NCBI RefSeq assembly: GCF_009914755.1
Contig: NC_060942.1
Direction: 5' to 3' (one strand)
Source of the DNA: the human T2T-CHM13v2.0 reference genome, Homo sapiens
Length of the DNA: 64,000 nucleotides
A model generated the notes under the pieces. It saw only the letters and a list, made by a program, of their open reading frames with translations. It was not told where the DNA came from and ran no database searches. Position numbers and translations under genes: made by a program. This document shows, one piece after another, positions 13,241 through 29,149 of the stretch. Position 1 is the first letter of the stretch. Each line of letters opens with the position of its first letter.

Positions 13241-14631
13241 CTCAGAAAATACCACAAAATCAGCAAATTATGAGAAAAAAAATGCAGGGAAGAACAAAGA
13301 AACTCACAGTGACTCAATTATTATATATTAATAGTATTAAAATAACCATGATTTATATACATAAGAAAATAGATGAAAGGACGGAAATTGCACCAGAGAA
13401 TTGGGATACATTCCAAAAAAAAAAAAAAAACCAAATGGAAATTGTAGAAGTAAAAAACAAAATAAAAGAAATTAAGAATTCAATAGATTAACAGTAGACT
13501 AGACAGAGAAGAAAAGGCTCAAAAATAGGTCAGATTTGAAGCAGAGACAAAACAATGAACTGCAGAAAATGCAAAGAGAAATATGAGACATAATGAAAAA
13601 GTCTAACATAAATAAAAATAGAGTTAAGAGAGAATAGAGAATTGGAAATATTTTAAGAGGTGCTGGTAATGATGAGGTTGGCCATGAAATACTGAGACCA
13701 AAACAAGACAAGGATGTCATCCGTCACCAAATTCATTCAGCATTGTATCAGAGAACATAGTCCCTCCAATAAGAAAATGGCAACAACAACAACAGAACAG
13801 GAAGAAAGGGAGGGAAGAAGATAGGAAGATACGGAGGAAAAAGGAAAGAATAAATAAAATGTGAAGATTTGGGAGGAAAGAAATAAAATTCTCATCAATT
13901 GCAGATGAGATGACTGTGTATGAGCAAATCCAAATATTCTACAGTTCACTTACTAGAATTAATACACTTTATCAACATCTGTAAATAAAAGATCAATTAA
14001 TTAAAGTAATTCTATTCCTATATACTAGCAGCAAGCACTTTAAAGGTGACATTTAAACTTAATTCTGTTTACAAGAGCTATACAAAAATTCTTATCTATC
14101 TAGGAATATCTAAGTAAAGATGTTCAAGATATCTACTCAGAAAGCTACAAACAGTACCAAAATAAATTTTTTAAAACCCAAATAAATCAATATGCCATAT
14201 TTATGGATCATAAGATTTAATATTGTAAAAATGTCAGTTTTCTTCAAATTAATCTAAAGATAGACTGAAATACAAATCAATATAGTAACAATATAGTAAC
14301 AAGGTCTCGGCATATAGGTATGTATAAGTGTATGTTTCAGTAGACATGGTAATTGATGAGCTGACTCTAAAATGTGTAAAAATACCAAGGGCCAAGAAGA
14401 TCTAAAACTATATTGAAAGAAGACAAAAAAGTAATAATAACACTACCACCATACATTAATGCTTATTTTAAACTTACAGAAATTAGAATAGTATATATTG
14501 TCTCAAGTATAAACAGACCCACAGAGAGACAAAAACAGACCTACTCATACATACATACCTAATTTATGACAAAGATGCCACTATAATAGAAACAGAAAAA
14601 TGATCTTTTCATTAAAGGTGTTTGATCAAAG

Positions 14632-14673
<42 letters not shown>

Positions 14674-15845
14674 AAATTTATTCCTATCTCATCCCATATA
14701 CACAAACACAATTTTAGATGAATAAGGTAAAATCAAAGATTTTATAAAAGAAAGCATAAGGAAGTACCTTTATGACCTTTAGGTAAGAAGAAGTTACATA
14801 TATAAGACATTTTTAAAAACACCATAATGAGAAAAAAAATAGAAAATTAGACTTCCTTAACCTTAAGAATTTGGCTCATCAAAAGGCACCATGGGAGAGT
14901 AAAAAAGCAGCCCAGAGAGTAGAAAATGAGAGAGACTTGGAATGCATGTACCTTATAAATAATGCTGCTACAGACATATCTCCAACATATGTGTGGAGAT
15001 CTAACAGATTAATAAGATAGACAATCTCATTAAAACTGTATCAAAGACTTGAATAAGAGTACATAAAAAAAGAATATCCAAATAGTCAATTAAAATACTA
15101 AAATAGTCTCAATATCATTAGTCATCAGGGGAATGCTAACTAAAACCATAATGAGATTCCATAATGCACCCACTAGAAAAGCTAAAAATAAAATGTGAAA
15201 GAAAAACCAGTAATATCCGATGATGAGTTAGTTGTAAACCAAATGGAGGGAACACACTTTTGGTGGGAAATAGTTGGGCAGTGTCTGCTAAAGTTGAAGA
15301 TTACAAACTCTAGGAAACAGCGATTCCTCTCCTAGGTATAAACTCATCAGATATGAATTATATATATTCACTCCATGTATATTCATATATACATATATTG
15401 CATCAAAACTGTCCTTAGCAGCATTATTTGTGACAGTCAAAACTGGAAACAACACCAATGTCCATCAGCAGAAGTGAAAAGAATTGCAGTGGCTTGCCCA
15501 ATAGGATACCAGACAGTAGTGGAAAAAATCAACCACTGCTACATGCAACAAAGTGGATCAATCTCAAGAGACAGAAAAATAAGGCAGGCACAAAAGAACA
15601 CATAAAATATGATTCCATTTATATGATATACAAAATGAGGCTCAACTATTCTAATGCAATAACAGGATAGTGGTTATTTGAGAGGTCTGAGGAGCAGCAA
15701 CACAAGAAGGCTTCTGAAGGGCTAGTAATGTTTCTTACTTCAATCTGGAGAAAGATAAATTCTCTTAGTAAAAATTAATCAAGTGGCACCTTTAAATCTG
15801 TGCATTTTATTCTGTATGTGCTATATCCAATATCAATGTTTACCA
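13241..15845 (+). mobile_element. Old L1M (L1MD/ME-like): ORF1 remnant joined near 13680 to the 3' half of ORF2 and the 3'UTR
   Basis: A-rich sense strand. ORF1-like 'NQMEIVEVKNKIKEIKNSID'; RT motif remnant ttgcagatgagatgactgt; tcattagtcatcaggggaatgc; 'QNWKQHQCPS'. Confidence 0.8.
14634..14669. repeat. (TA)n microsatellite
   Basis: Read directly. Confidence 0.95.
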
Positions 15846-18087
15846 AACAACTTCAGCCTCCACTTTTGTTCTTCCACTGGGCCATGTTGCCTCTGAGGTC
15901 CATGAAATGAAAACTCAAAAAATTTCTATTAAACTGCCTCTCTGCATGCCTAATATCCACCTACTGTCTCCTGCCTATCGAACCTTCTCAGAGAGTATCC
16001 TTGCTTTCCTATAATTAGTTGTCTTCCAGTCTTGCCATCTGCTCCCATACCCAATTCCTGATGCAGCCTCTCATATTCTTGTTATAAACACAACCTTGGA
16101 CTAAGCAGGGGAACTGTCAAACAAGCGCTGATTCTTAAGATGATATGAAAACGCATGAGATTTCCCCCAGTCCTCCCAGCAGAATCACAGCCATAGTCTC
16201 CAAGGGGAAAGTTCACTTCGAAGTGCTCCTAAGCCAATGCAAATATTATTTTAGCTAGAAGAACACACTTACACAGCACTGAGAACAGCATGGGCAATTT
16301 ACAAATACTTATTGGCTAAACCAGTGCATCTGTGGCCTTCATAAAATTCTCTGAAAATTCTCTTTTTTTTTTCCCATCTTGTATCTCTAATCCTAGGGAA
16401 CTTTCCTCTCCAGTTTATTCAGGCTGCAATATTAACTGGGGACTTTACAGGGGAGAAAATGTAGTAATTATGCCTGTATTCCTGTTAGGAGAAATAGCAA
16501 TCACTGCATTTTACATTTAGTTGGCTTAGTTTACTTCAAATTTGCCTCTATATTTAAAACCAGGCCTGTTTCTAATGCAACTGGGAGAAAGGGAGGTGAA
16601 AGGAAGGAGAAGTTAACAGCAACACAATATTACTCAACTAAATTAGAACTCCGTGGAAAAGTACTGCCTATTAGAGATGGTAAAGTCATTCTGGGTGAAC
16701 TGATTGATTTAACCCAGAGAACTATATGCCTGGGCACTAATTTACTCTGATAAAATGTTGCTAATAAAATGATGGATCTCAAATCTAATTCACTGAAGCC
16801 TGGCATATCATAGAGAGACCCTCAGTCAGTGAAACTGCAAATCCCCTACTGTTTTCATTATGTCTTTGGAATCCAAAGGCCCCACTGAAGCAAAGCCTAT
16901 AATGGAATTATCACAGCTTGCTGCCTCTGAATTTCCCATTTACGCCTCTGTCAGTGTCACATCAACACACTAATTACCTGCACTCTCCATTTCATTTAAT
17001 AATAATCCCAAACAAAGAGGCCAATACTAAAAGAAGAAAGTGGGGGCGAGAGGAAGAGAAAGGGCTGGACAGACGTAGATTGCTATGTGCAATAACAAAT
17101 AAGGATTTAATCAAACCGGACTGCATGCCCAGAGAAATGGCAAAGAAGCCAACTGTTCACAAAAGCAAATAAACGCATTTCTAAAATGAGTGCTCATATG
17201 AATTTACACAAAATTGGACTTCACTTCTATTAATTGTAACCATTTGTAATGGCTACAAAGACCACCTCAAGGGAAAAGGACAACAGTTCTTTTTGTCCAT
17301 GCATCCCACATTTACCTCCTGTGGGGGTTCAAGTCTGATGGGAGTACTGCCTGCTGCCTCCCTATCTAGAGTCAGCTCTGTGTAGAGTAAGCTGAATTTA
17401 AAGCACTATGAAAACCTGTTTGCATCCCCCTTAGGAAATCTATACCACATGTGTCATCAAGTCTAGTTTGCTAGTTTCTGGTTCTTATTTTCATTTTCCC
17501 ATGTGCTGAAGACCAGTTCTGGGGTACAGCCTGCTTAATTGCCTTTCACCATATTCTTGCTGGTTACCATTCTCAGAGATGAAACATCTTCCTGTTTCTA
17601 TTATATCTAAGCAGGCTTTGCACCCACCCAAGCTCCCTTATATCCCTGGGCTCAGGTATAAATTTGCCACTTATTTAAAAAGGGAATTTCTCCACATTCC
17701 TTCTTCCACTACAGATTTGAACCTCCATTCCCAAATGCTTCCCTGGCTTCAGGCCTTTTGTCTCATGCACGGATTTGTTCCCTAGCAAGTCTCTTCTAAA
17801 TACTGTTTTGGTGGGTAGACTTTTAGATTCTCATCTTTACTTTCTGCCTAGGTTACTATCACACATGTAGTTACCTTCTTTGTCTCACTGAACTTTATAG
17901 ACAAGCCTTGCCCTACTCCATACAAATTCCTGAGAGAGTGCAACCCAGCCTGGAGCCGGAGCTTCAGCCTCTCATTTGCTTGAAGAGCAGCTTGATCCCC
18001 TGTATTTCCTCGAAATAGCCTTTTTGTTACATGATCCTAACACCATGAGTATAAGAAACATGCCATCTGAAGTGCCTGATTCTTGCC

Positions 18088-18476
18088 TGTTATGAACTAA
18101 ATGTTTATGTCCTCCCAAAATTCACATGCTGAAGCCCAATCAAGGTGGGGTCTTTGAAAGGTAATTAGAGTTAGTATAGGTCCTGAGGATAGAGTTCTTA
18201 GGATGAAATTAGTGATCTTATAAGAAAAGAAAGAAAGATCTCACTCTGCCTGTCTCGCTCTCGCTCTCTCCATGTACACCTCAGGGAAAAGCCATAATAG
18301 GACACAGTGAGAAGGTAGCCATCTGCATGCCAGGAAGAAAGCCCTCATCAGGAAAAGAATAAGCAAGCATCTTGGTCATGGAGTTTCCAACCCCTCGAAC
18401 TATGGAAAAAATTATTTTCTCTCTAAGCTATCCAGTCTGTTGTATTTTGTTGTAGCAGCCCAAGCTGATGAGTACA
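18088..18476 (+). mobile_element. MLT1A-like MaLR solo LTR
   Basis: tgttatgaactaaatgtttatgtcctcccaaaattcac...ttttgttgtagcagcccaagctgatgagtaca. Flanks ttgcc/ctgcc. Confidence 0.8.
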
Positions 18477-18481
18477 CTGCC

Positions 18482-18810
18482 TATCTTAATCCCTTTGGCG
18501 CTGCTATCACAGAATACATGGGACTGGGTCATTTATAAAGAACATAAATTTATTTCTCACAGTTCTGTAGTCTGGGAAATCTAAGATCAAGGGACTGGCA
18601 CCTGATGAGGCCTTCTTGCTGTGTTCTCACATGGCAGAAGGTGGAAGGGCAAACCCACTCCCCCAAGCCCTCTTTATAGTGGCATCAATGCATTCATAAA
18701 GGCAGAGCCCTTATGACTTAAACACATCCTATTAGACACCACCTCTTAAAACTGTTACAGTGGACATTCAATTTCAAATGGGTTCTGGAGGAGACATTCA
18801 AAACATAGCA
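18482..18810 (-). mobile_element. MSTC/MSTD-like MaLR solo LTR
   Basis: gctgctatcacagaatacatgggactgggtcatttataaagaacataaatttatttctcacagttctg...acattcaaaacatagca. Confidence 0.8.
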
Positions 18811-19242
18811 CTGTACCACCTCTTCAGATATTTCATGGAGTTTTCCTCGTTGCCTTGCTCTGCTTTCTTAGCCCTAATATTGCCTGGGGAAGTTTGAAAG
18901 GCTCTTTCTTGCTGCTCTCACCAGAGTGTGTTGCATGACTGGTGTGGTGTTGTGTTGTCTATGGACTTCTAGAAGAGCTCTGAAGAGTCTTGAGGCATCA
19001 CAACTGCACTTTTGCTTGGAATCCTGTGATAATTTGTGGCGTGATCTGATTGACTTAAGTCAAGGAAGTGGCCAAAAGGAAAACTAAAGCGCCTGAAAAC
19101 TCTCGGTATGAGAATAGATTGTTTTGCCCTCTAACCTCAGTCTGTGATGAATAGCCAAGGAGTTAAATGCTAATAAGGTCACACCAAAAATGGCCAGTTC
19201 TCTATCTTATCTGCTAACTAAGCAGATTTGAATGCTTAGGTA

Positions 19243-19956
19243 TGTTAGAGTAGGTAGCTAGGCAGACATGAGCAGGGCAAGAAAGCCACCCTCCCACCTA
19301 GGAAGGTCAGGGGACCATCAGGTAATGGTGAGATGGTTGTTACACTGTCTCTCTAAAATAATAATTGGTTGCAGTCAGTGCCAGAGAAAGGCAATTTTCT
19401 AATAGACAGAAAATACCTGGAGCTGGTAGTCAGCAGCTTCCTGATAAGATCTCAAGAGTTCGGCAAGTGGGCCCCAGCATACGCACTAACAGGCAAAATG
19501 GTGGAGTTTAACTGGTAAGAGGAAAATGCCTCAAATGAGGACCACTTGACTGGTAAGAGGAAAATGCCTCAAATGAGCACACACACAACCTCAGTAAACA
19601 CAGTGCACATGCAGCCCCTCCCAAGTGCTGGCAGGCCACTGTACATGCAGACAGCCCACCCCAAGGGAAGAATCAGGGAAGAAGAAATGCAAACCTCAGA
19701 ATCATGCCAATGTATAAAACCCCAGGTCAAGGGCTGAACACTGCACTCAGATCTTTCAAGATGCCTGCTTGGCCCTCTTCCAAGTGCACTTTACTTCCTT
19801 TCGTTCGTTCTCTAAAACTTTTAAATAAACTTTCACTGCTGCTCTAAAACTTGCCCTAGTCTCTCGCTCTGCACTATGCCCCTTAGCCAAATTCTTTCCA
19901 CTGAGGAGGCAAGAACTGAGTTTGCTGCAGACCTGTTGGATTCACTGCTGCTAACA
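19243..19956 (+). mobile_element. MER50 ERV1 solo LTR
   Basis: Starts tgttagagtaggtagctaggcagacatgagcagggc and ends gctaaca. Perfect 4-bp TSD ggta. TATAAAA ~19713 and AATAAA ~19824. Confidence 0.88.
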
Positions 19957-20657
19957 GGTAGAGGCTTTCTATTCTGCTTTTCATCAACTCCTCCACCACA
20001 ACTATACATCTTCCTCCTAGTAAGTTAATGTGTGTTCAGGAATGGGAAACTCAGCCTCTAATGTCAAATGTCTATTTTAAGGCTATAAATCCCTCAAGAA
20101 GCCAAATGCTTATTTAGCTCACTGTTTGGCAAACATTTTCCTAATTTTAGATACATGAGTAATGGGATTTTGTAACTGATTCCTATACCTACCAGTAATA
20201 AAAAAGTGTTGGCTAAAATCAGATATTCCTGAGAAAGACTTTTAAAAGTTTTGATGTCTAACATTTATCTAAAATCAAAACCTTTTTATATTTGCTCACT
20301 CTGCACAGTTTTATTTTTATATTATAATGGCCACAATTTGTAAGAATCTATTATGTTCTTAGCATGGATTAAATCTCTCCATATGTTATTTAATGTTAGT
20401 TACTCCGTAAGTTGAATTTAACTTATCCTCATTGTATAGATAAGGTGGCTAAGACTTGGGAGAATTTAAGTTAACTAGCATGCCATCAGAAAGAACTACT
20501 AAGCAACACAGAGAATAAGCCTAGACCTCACTGACTTCCAAATTCATGTTATTTATTTTAAGCCAGTTTCAAGCCTAAGTGTATGCCAAAGAGTCTTCTT
20601 CAGTTTATTTTTCATTCACATTCCCAGGGCATGCTCCTAGAGATTCTGACTCATTGA

Positions 20658-21063
20658 GTGACAGTCTATTCCTGCTGCTATATCAAAATAGCTTAAACTC
20701 GACACTTTGTAAACAAAAGAAATTTATTTCTCACAGTCCTAAAAGCTGGGAAGCCTAAGATTAAGGCATCAGCCGATTCAGAATCTGGTAAGGGTTCTCT
20801 CTGCTTCCAAGATGGTGCCCTTCCTGCCCCATCTTCACATAGCAGAAGGACAGAAATGTAGCAAATGCTGTGATCTCATAGGTTAAGAGAGATGGAAGGA
20901 CCAGGCAGCTCTCTGAAGCCTCTTTTGTAAGGGCATTAATCCCATAACTAGGTCACAGCCCTTGTGACTTTATCACTTTCCAAAAGGCCCCACCTCTTAC
21001 TACCACCGCAATGGGGATTAAGTTTTAACATGAATTTTGGAAGGAAACATTCAAACAATAGCA
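20658..21063 (-). mobile_element. MLT1A/MST-like MaLR LTR, apparently within a MER5-like relic
   Basis: gaaatttatttctcacagtcctaaaagctgggaagcctaagattaaggc...acattcaaacaatagca. Confidence 0.75.
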
Positions 21064-21410
21064 GTAGGCTATTCATTTGTTTAATGTCCAACTAATTCTA
21101 ACATAATTTAGTAGAGAATCCCACCCTGATACATTCACCGAATGCCCTTAACTCTTTTCCTTTATCACATATCCAACCAACTTACCATGTTTTCTCTCAA
21201 ATGTATTCTGTTTTTTCTATTCCTACTAAAACTATTCAAGTTCCTCCCTATGACCTTAAACTTTGACTAATGAAATACCCTGTCAACTGGTTCCTTTACC
21301 TCTCAGCTATCACTAATTCCACTCATCCTACTCTTGGCAATCACTGGATTAATTTGCTCACAGAGTAGCTCTGATCTTTTCCTTCCCTGTCGCTAAAATA
21401 TTTTGGTAGC

Positions 21411-21910
21411 TGTTAAAAAGAATTATGCAATGATACTTGTCCAAGCATGATTGGGGAGAGATTTTTCAGGACCATCACCATAGGTGTAGGAACCACTGAA
21501 AATGGGATTTTGCTGGGGCGTGGGTGGGGGAGGGTAGGCAGACATTGGGCTCAACTCTGGATACGGCATGGGCAAGTAAGAATTTACAGCCAAGGAATGT
21601 GGGTGCTGGGGGAGCAGAAGATTTAACATTGCTCCAAGGAAACATCAGGGCAAGGGGGATTCTGGCTAAACTGATCTAGCAGGATTCTTGCTAAAGACAG
21701 GCCAGGGTGATCAATCATCACCTAGGGGACAGCAGGGGATGACGAACCTGGTCAGGTATCAAGGGTGATCAGATATAAAGGCCGGGGAGTTCTTGGTAAA
21801 CTGACTTAACAGTGTTCTTTGCTAAAACTGGGTTTTACAAGGAAGTGCAGAAATGGGCCTAGGAGAAAGTTCAGAAGCCTAAATTTTGGTGACACAGAGA
21901 ATCTTTGTCA
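21411..21910 (-). mobile_element. MER31-like ERV1 solo LTR, inserted in an L2-like relic (~21120-22490)
   Basis: TG...CA termini (tgttaaaaag...atctttgtca), perfect 4-bp TSD tagc, and repeated ttcttgctaaa(c)tg motifs. Confidence 0.8.
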
Positions 21911-23501
21911 TAGCCTACAAGCTCAGTTCCATTTAAGGCTTTACATGTTGTGATCCAAGCCTTCTGATATTGTCCCAGATGAGCTGTCTCTCCTGCTTAG
22001 CCTTTTTTCTAATCTCCTCTAGTGATTTCCTCACTCATGGGATTGTATCATCTTACAGTTACTTCAAAGTCCACCTCCTTCCAGCCTCTTCCACGGGCAA
22101 TTCATTTGCATACCTCTACTATATGCCTTCCTCAAAGATCATTCTCTGCTTCAAAAATCTTCAACATCTCAAATTGCCCTTAGAATAAAGTATAAATTTC
22201 CTAAGCTGATAATTAAGATCCTTCGCAATCTGTCTCCCATTTATATTCCCAACCTCATCTCCCACTAAAACTTTATAATTAGTCTTTGCTCACTGCCACC
22301 CAAACACTTTTCAAAATACCCTACTTTTGTTCTCACATTTTATTTTCTTCTGTGGAACATTAGATTCCCTTTTTGTCTGCCTACCCAAAGCCTCTTGTGT
22401 ATAAGAGGGTATAAGCCCATCCCTGAACTATAACTTGTATTATAAGTTTTTCTTATTTATGAAACATTCCCAGACCACAGTAGCCTCCTCTGAACTCACA
22501 GTATTTACTGTCTTTGAATATTAAATACACATGGCCTTACCATATCTCTTGTAGTGCTCTTTGTATTGCTATTTAATCTTCCAGGTTAAAAAATGTCCTT
22601 TGTCTCAATTATCTGGGAATCCTAGGGAATGAAATCTTTCAGTTCAGATAATATAAATAACCTCAAGTCACTGCTAATGGCAACTGGCATAAATATATTA
22701 TCTACATTTTAGTTGAAAGTTGAACTTATCACATATTAGTCATCAGGCAAGTATTATCTATTCAGATTCATTTCTGTAACATAATATAGACCTAGTCACT
22801 CCCTTTTCCTTCCTGTATAATTATCTCCTTATTTGTGATCTTCTCATTAGAATATTAGATGTTAATTTCTATACACAGGAAGTACAGTAGGAGACAATGT
22901 CTCTGCATTTAAAGAGATAATAAGTACCCTTGTCTCAGAATGTATGACTTTGTTGAACTTCTGTCATGTCTCTTTAAACTTACCTTCAATATCACTTTCT
23001 ACTTATGTAATTGCCTTTTATAACCAAGGAACAAAGTCATGTCTAACACAAATGTAAATTTCAAACAATATAACACTTATTTCCAACCCAGACTGCAGTC
23101 GGATGTTCTAAAAGTCGAAGTTACGCTCCCAGTAATAATTATTTCTCTACAGCAAGGTCAGTGGTGAGATTAAGGCTTTTTGGGATTCTCCAGAGAAGAC
23201 TAAGCAAGTGTAATTCTAATATGAGATCCAATGACTCTTGTGAAGTTAAACTTAATTTGATCATTAAGACATCAGAGAACTCATAAAATCTGATTAATTA
23301 TGAGAAAATTGATTTTTTATCACTAACAATATGATTCAATTCCTTGGGCCAACTAAGGCATATAATCCACGGAGGCATACTCACCAAGTGTACTGTGGCC
23401 CTCACACAATGTTCTAAATTGTAACTTATACCAAAGGCCCAAAGGAAATTTGTTTTCCGTCTTTGCCATGATCACATTTAAGGTCTTTGCACAATATCTC
23501 A

Positions 23502-23910
<409 letters not shown>

Positions 23911-24244
23911 TGACCACAAAAAAACTCATCTGTATATTAATTCCACACCAATCTCTAGGACTAAGCCTCTCCCTAGTACAGATTTTTTTTTTAACTTTAG
24001 AAATTTTCTGTTTCAGCATTAGGAGACAATAGTTGTTTTACCTTTCTGATATGGATAAATTACACTTTCAATCTGTCCATGTTCTTTTCCTGTTTTTCCA
24101 GATTCTTGGTGACTAGCCTTTGACCACTACTTGTCCTGACATCTTCTCTCTGGACATTCCTGATACCTCCTCTGGCCACTTGGAACTGAACAAAGTGGCT
24201 GTTATCTAGATTTCTGCCATTCACCTTCCCATATTCACTATACT

Positions 24245-25010
<766 letters not shown>

Positions 25011-25056
25011 CCATTCCATTTATTCTTTTCTTTTGGATTTTGGATTGATCTGCTGA

Positions 25057-25426
<370 letters not shown>

Positions 25427-26345
25427 ATGAACCTCTTTTAAGCACCCTTTTCCCAGACTCTACCTATCAATTGTTCTACAACTATCAGTTGTCCTAAATG
25501 TCCAGCCTTGCCTGTCATTCCATGGTCTGGTATATCCTACTGTTTACCAAGCTGTTTAATTGAATGTATTTTATATGTTATATGTCATAGTTTAAGGAAT
25601 GTGCTCACTAAGAATCATAAGAAAAATCATGCCCATAAAGCATTAAGAAAATAATTGCATGATATATGTACATTGGTAAATTTAATCTCATTAAAGCCAG
25701 AGAAATGTAGTAGAAAGTAGAACTAGAATGTAAACTTTCCAGTAACATATGCAGAAAAGCAGTACCGAGAAAAAGTAAATAGCAAAATAAAGGCAAGTGC
25801 ACAAATTATTGAATTATCTAAACAGTGAAGAGAAAGACAGAAGATGACCGTAAGTGGACATTTTCAAGGTTATCCAAATGAAGTAAAATTACAATGATGT
25901 AAATATATCAGTAATTTAAAGAGTTGTGTAATGTTTTATTACTGATTTTATAGTACATTGAAATCTAGAATAAAAGCATAATCACATTTGTTATATATTT
26001 GTATTCAAATAGAAATACATGGGAGTGGGTGTTTGAGAGAGGAGGGAGAGAGAGAGGAAGAAAATGAGTTCTATGTGGAGCAAATATATAGGAAATGTGA
26101 ATAAAAGGGAGGTTTAGCTTAGGCCTTAGGTTTTATCAATAAAAGACAATGAAGATCATTCAACTCCAGGGTCAAAGTGGAGTTATAGAGTGTTATTCAC
26201 TATGTATCACCCATTCAGTAGCTCTTTATAAACCAGAAAATAAAAAGAAGTGATCAGGTTGAAGCAGGTCCAATTCCCACCATACACCAGGTTTCACAAT
26301 TTCATTTTAAAGAATTACTAAGACATTACCTGAAAATAAGCATCA

Positions 26346-26731
<386 letters not shown>

Positions 26732-28843
26732 TCATGCAAAAAAGGTAGAAAGAGGAAGGGGGAAGCAGCAAACCATAGCTGGCTTCAGCTCCCCAAGTGG
26801 TTGAGAAGATGCAAGTACTCCCCAAAGCAAATGCATGGGAAGTGGAGAGAATCCAGAAATTCCCTTCTCCCAGATGGCAAACATCATCATCCTCAACAAC
26901 ATAAATGGACTGTCCCCAGGCGACCAGAGCTATGGTCCTTCTTCTTCTTACCCATTATTTATACCAGACAAACATTCTTAATACAATTTTATTAAGGCTT
27001 CAATTAACAGAAATTATTATATTAAACATTAAGTTGGTAAAGTACAAATAGACCCTGAAAATAACCTGTATAATCCCAGTCTAATAAACCCATAGCCTTC
27101 ATCTGCCATCTTTGATGCTCTTTTTCTTTACCTGGAACATGAGAACTTTATAGACATAATTTTCTCTATTCAGAAAATATCTTCGTGGGATTTCCTTTTA
27201 CATTTACTTTTATCCTTAACAAAAATTTATATACATCATCAAGCTACAAAGGGAAATTCCCTTTACCTAGGGTGAGTCCTCACACATAGCACAAACACAG
27301 CCGGGAAACCTTGTAGCTACATGAACAACAATTTTTCTTCTCAAGCATCACTACCACAATTCCTGGTTGTTCCTGCACCTCTTCACCTTCTGTCTCCAGT
27401 CAGCCATGACCACAAAAACCCAATGTCTATGAGTCTAGCTCATGTTACAGACTCACCACCTAGGACTTCCATGTCACTGATGTTCTCTTTAAACTTGGAT
27501 GAAACAACATAACTCAGTTCCCTCTTGCTTCTCTTTCCTTCTATAACTTTTCCTTTATTCCTCTGGATGGCTTACCATTTCCATCAACTTTTTCCTTTGG
27601 CTTCCTTTATGAAAGGACAATTATTGGTGCCTAAACTCGTAAGAGTACCAAAAGGTTCTAATAGCTCATTTAAAATAAGAATTACCCAGAAGAAGTGCTC
27701 TTTGAGAAAATTCTATTTAAGCTAAAATGCATATTGTACATGCAGCATTTTTTTATATTTTATATTTACAAGCAATGAGCGGGATTAATCAAAGAGATAA
27801 AGCCAAGACATTTCTTATTTATCAAGTATGCACAAATAAATGGCATTCTTATTCATTAAAATTAAAGGTTTTAAATAGATCCTCCACTTGTAACTGAACC
27901 TTAACCAAGCAGGTCATAAAAGAAGCTGCAAGAATTCTGACGTTATATTCAATTTAAAGCTGCAAAGAAAGTAATTCGGTTAAATAGAAGCTCTGGCTTC
28001 AAAACAAGGATGAATAATCATTTTAAATAACGAAATGTCAATAGTTGCAGAAAATCGAGACTTAGTAAATAATAAACAGTGTTAGTCCCTCCATGAATTG
28101 TGGGCCAGTATTATAAATATTGAAATTCAACAGTTCATCACTGGAACTATCTTTCATTTTAGCTACTTTCATCTGGTGGTAAATAGAAATTTTATTTGTT
28201 GGATAAAGCTAGAAGAAAGAGAAACCTCTCTGCCCTTTCTTTTTCTTGATGAATTTGGCCCAGAATAAGAATACCAAATAATATGTTGACAGAGAAAATA
28301 ACTTGGCATCCTGAAAGACCAAAAGATGTTACAAACATAATTATCTCAATGTCAGCACCACATGGTATACTGTTAGACTCAGTGGAGAAAAATCCCCTAA
28401 GATGTGAAATTTAAACAGGTGATCTTGCCAATAGAAAGATGGATCTGTGTATATCTTTGGAATGGCAAAGTTGTTTACCCTGTTTCTATTTTTTTGAGAT
28501 TTTGAATTTATTCATCTATCATCTTTTATTTGACCATGCAGATGGATTCGATTTGTCTCCAATAATCTTGGCAAAGAATAAGGTCATTAGTACACGCTGA
28601 CTGATTTTAAAAGTTCCTTACATAAATCTCATGCTTGCCAATAAAGTAGAAAAAAACAGCACCATAAAATGTGCAATTATTTTTACATTTATAGCAAGAA
28701 AGAGTTACCCGTGGTGTGTAAATATTTTTAAGTCTTATATTTTTCCTTGTAACAGAGCACATTGATGTTAGTCAGTGGGCTGAGTGGTCAATGCAGAATC
28801 TAAGTTGTAGACTGATCCATCTGTTGGTGAAAAAGCTGTCATG

Positions 28844-29149
<306 letters not shown>

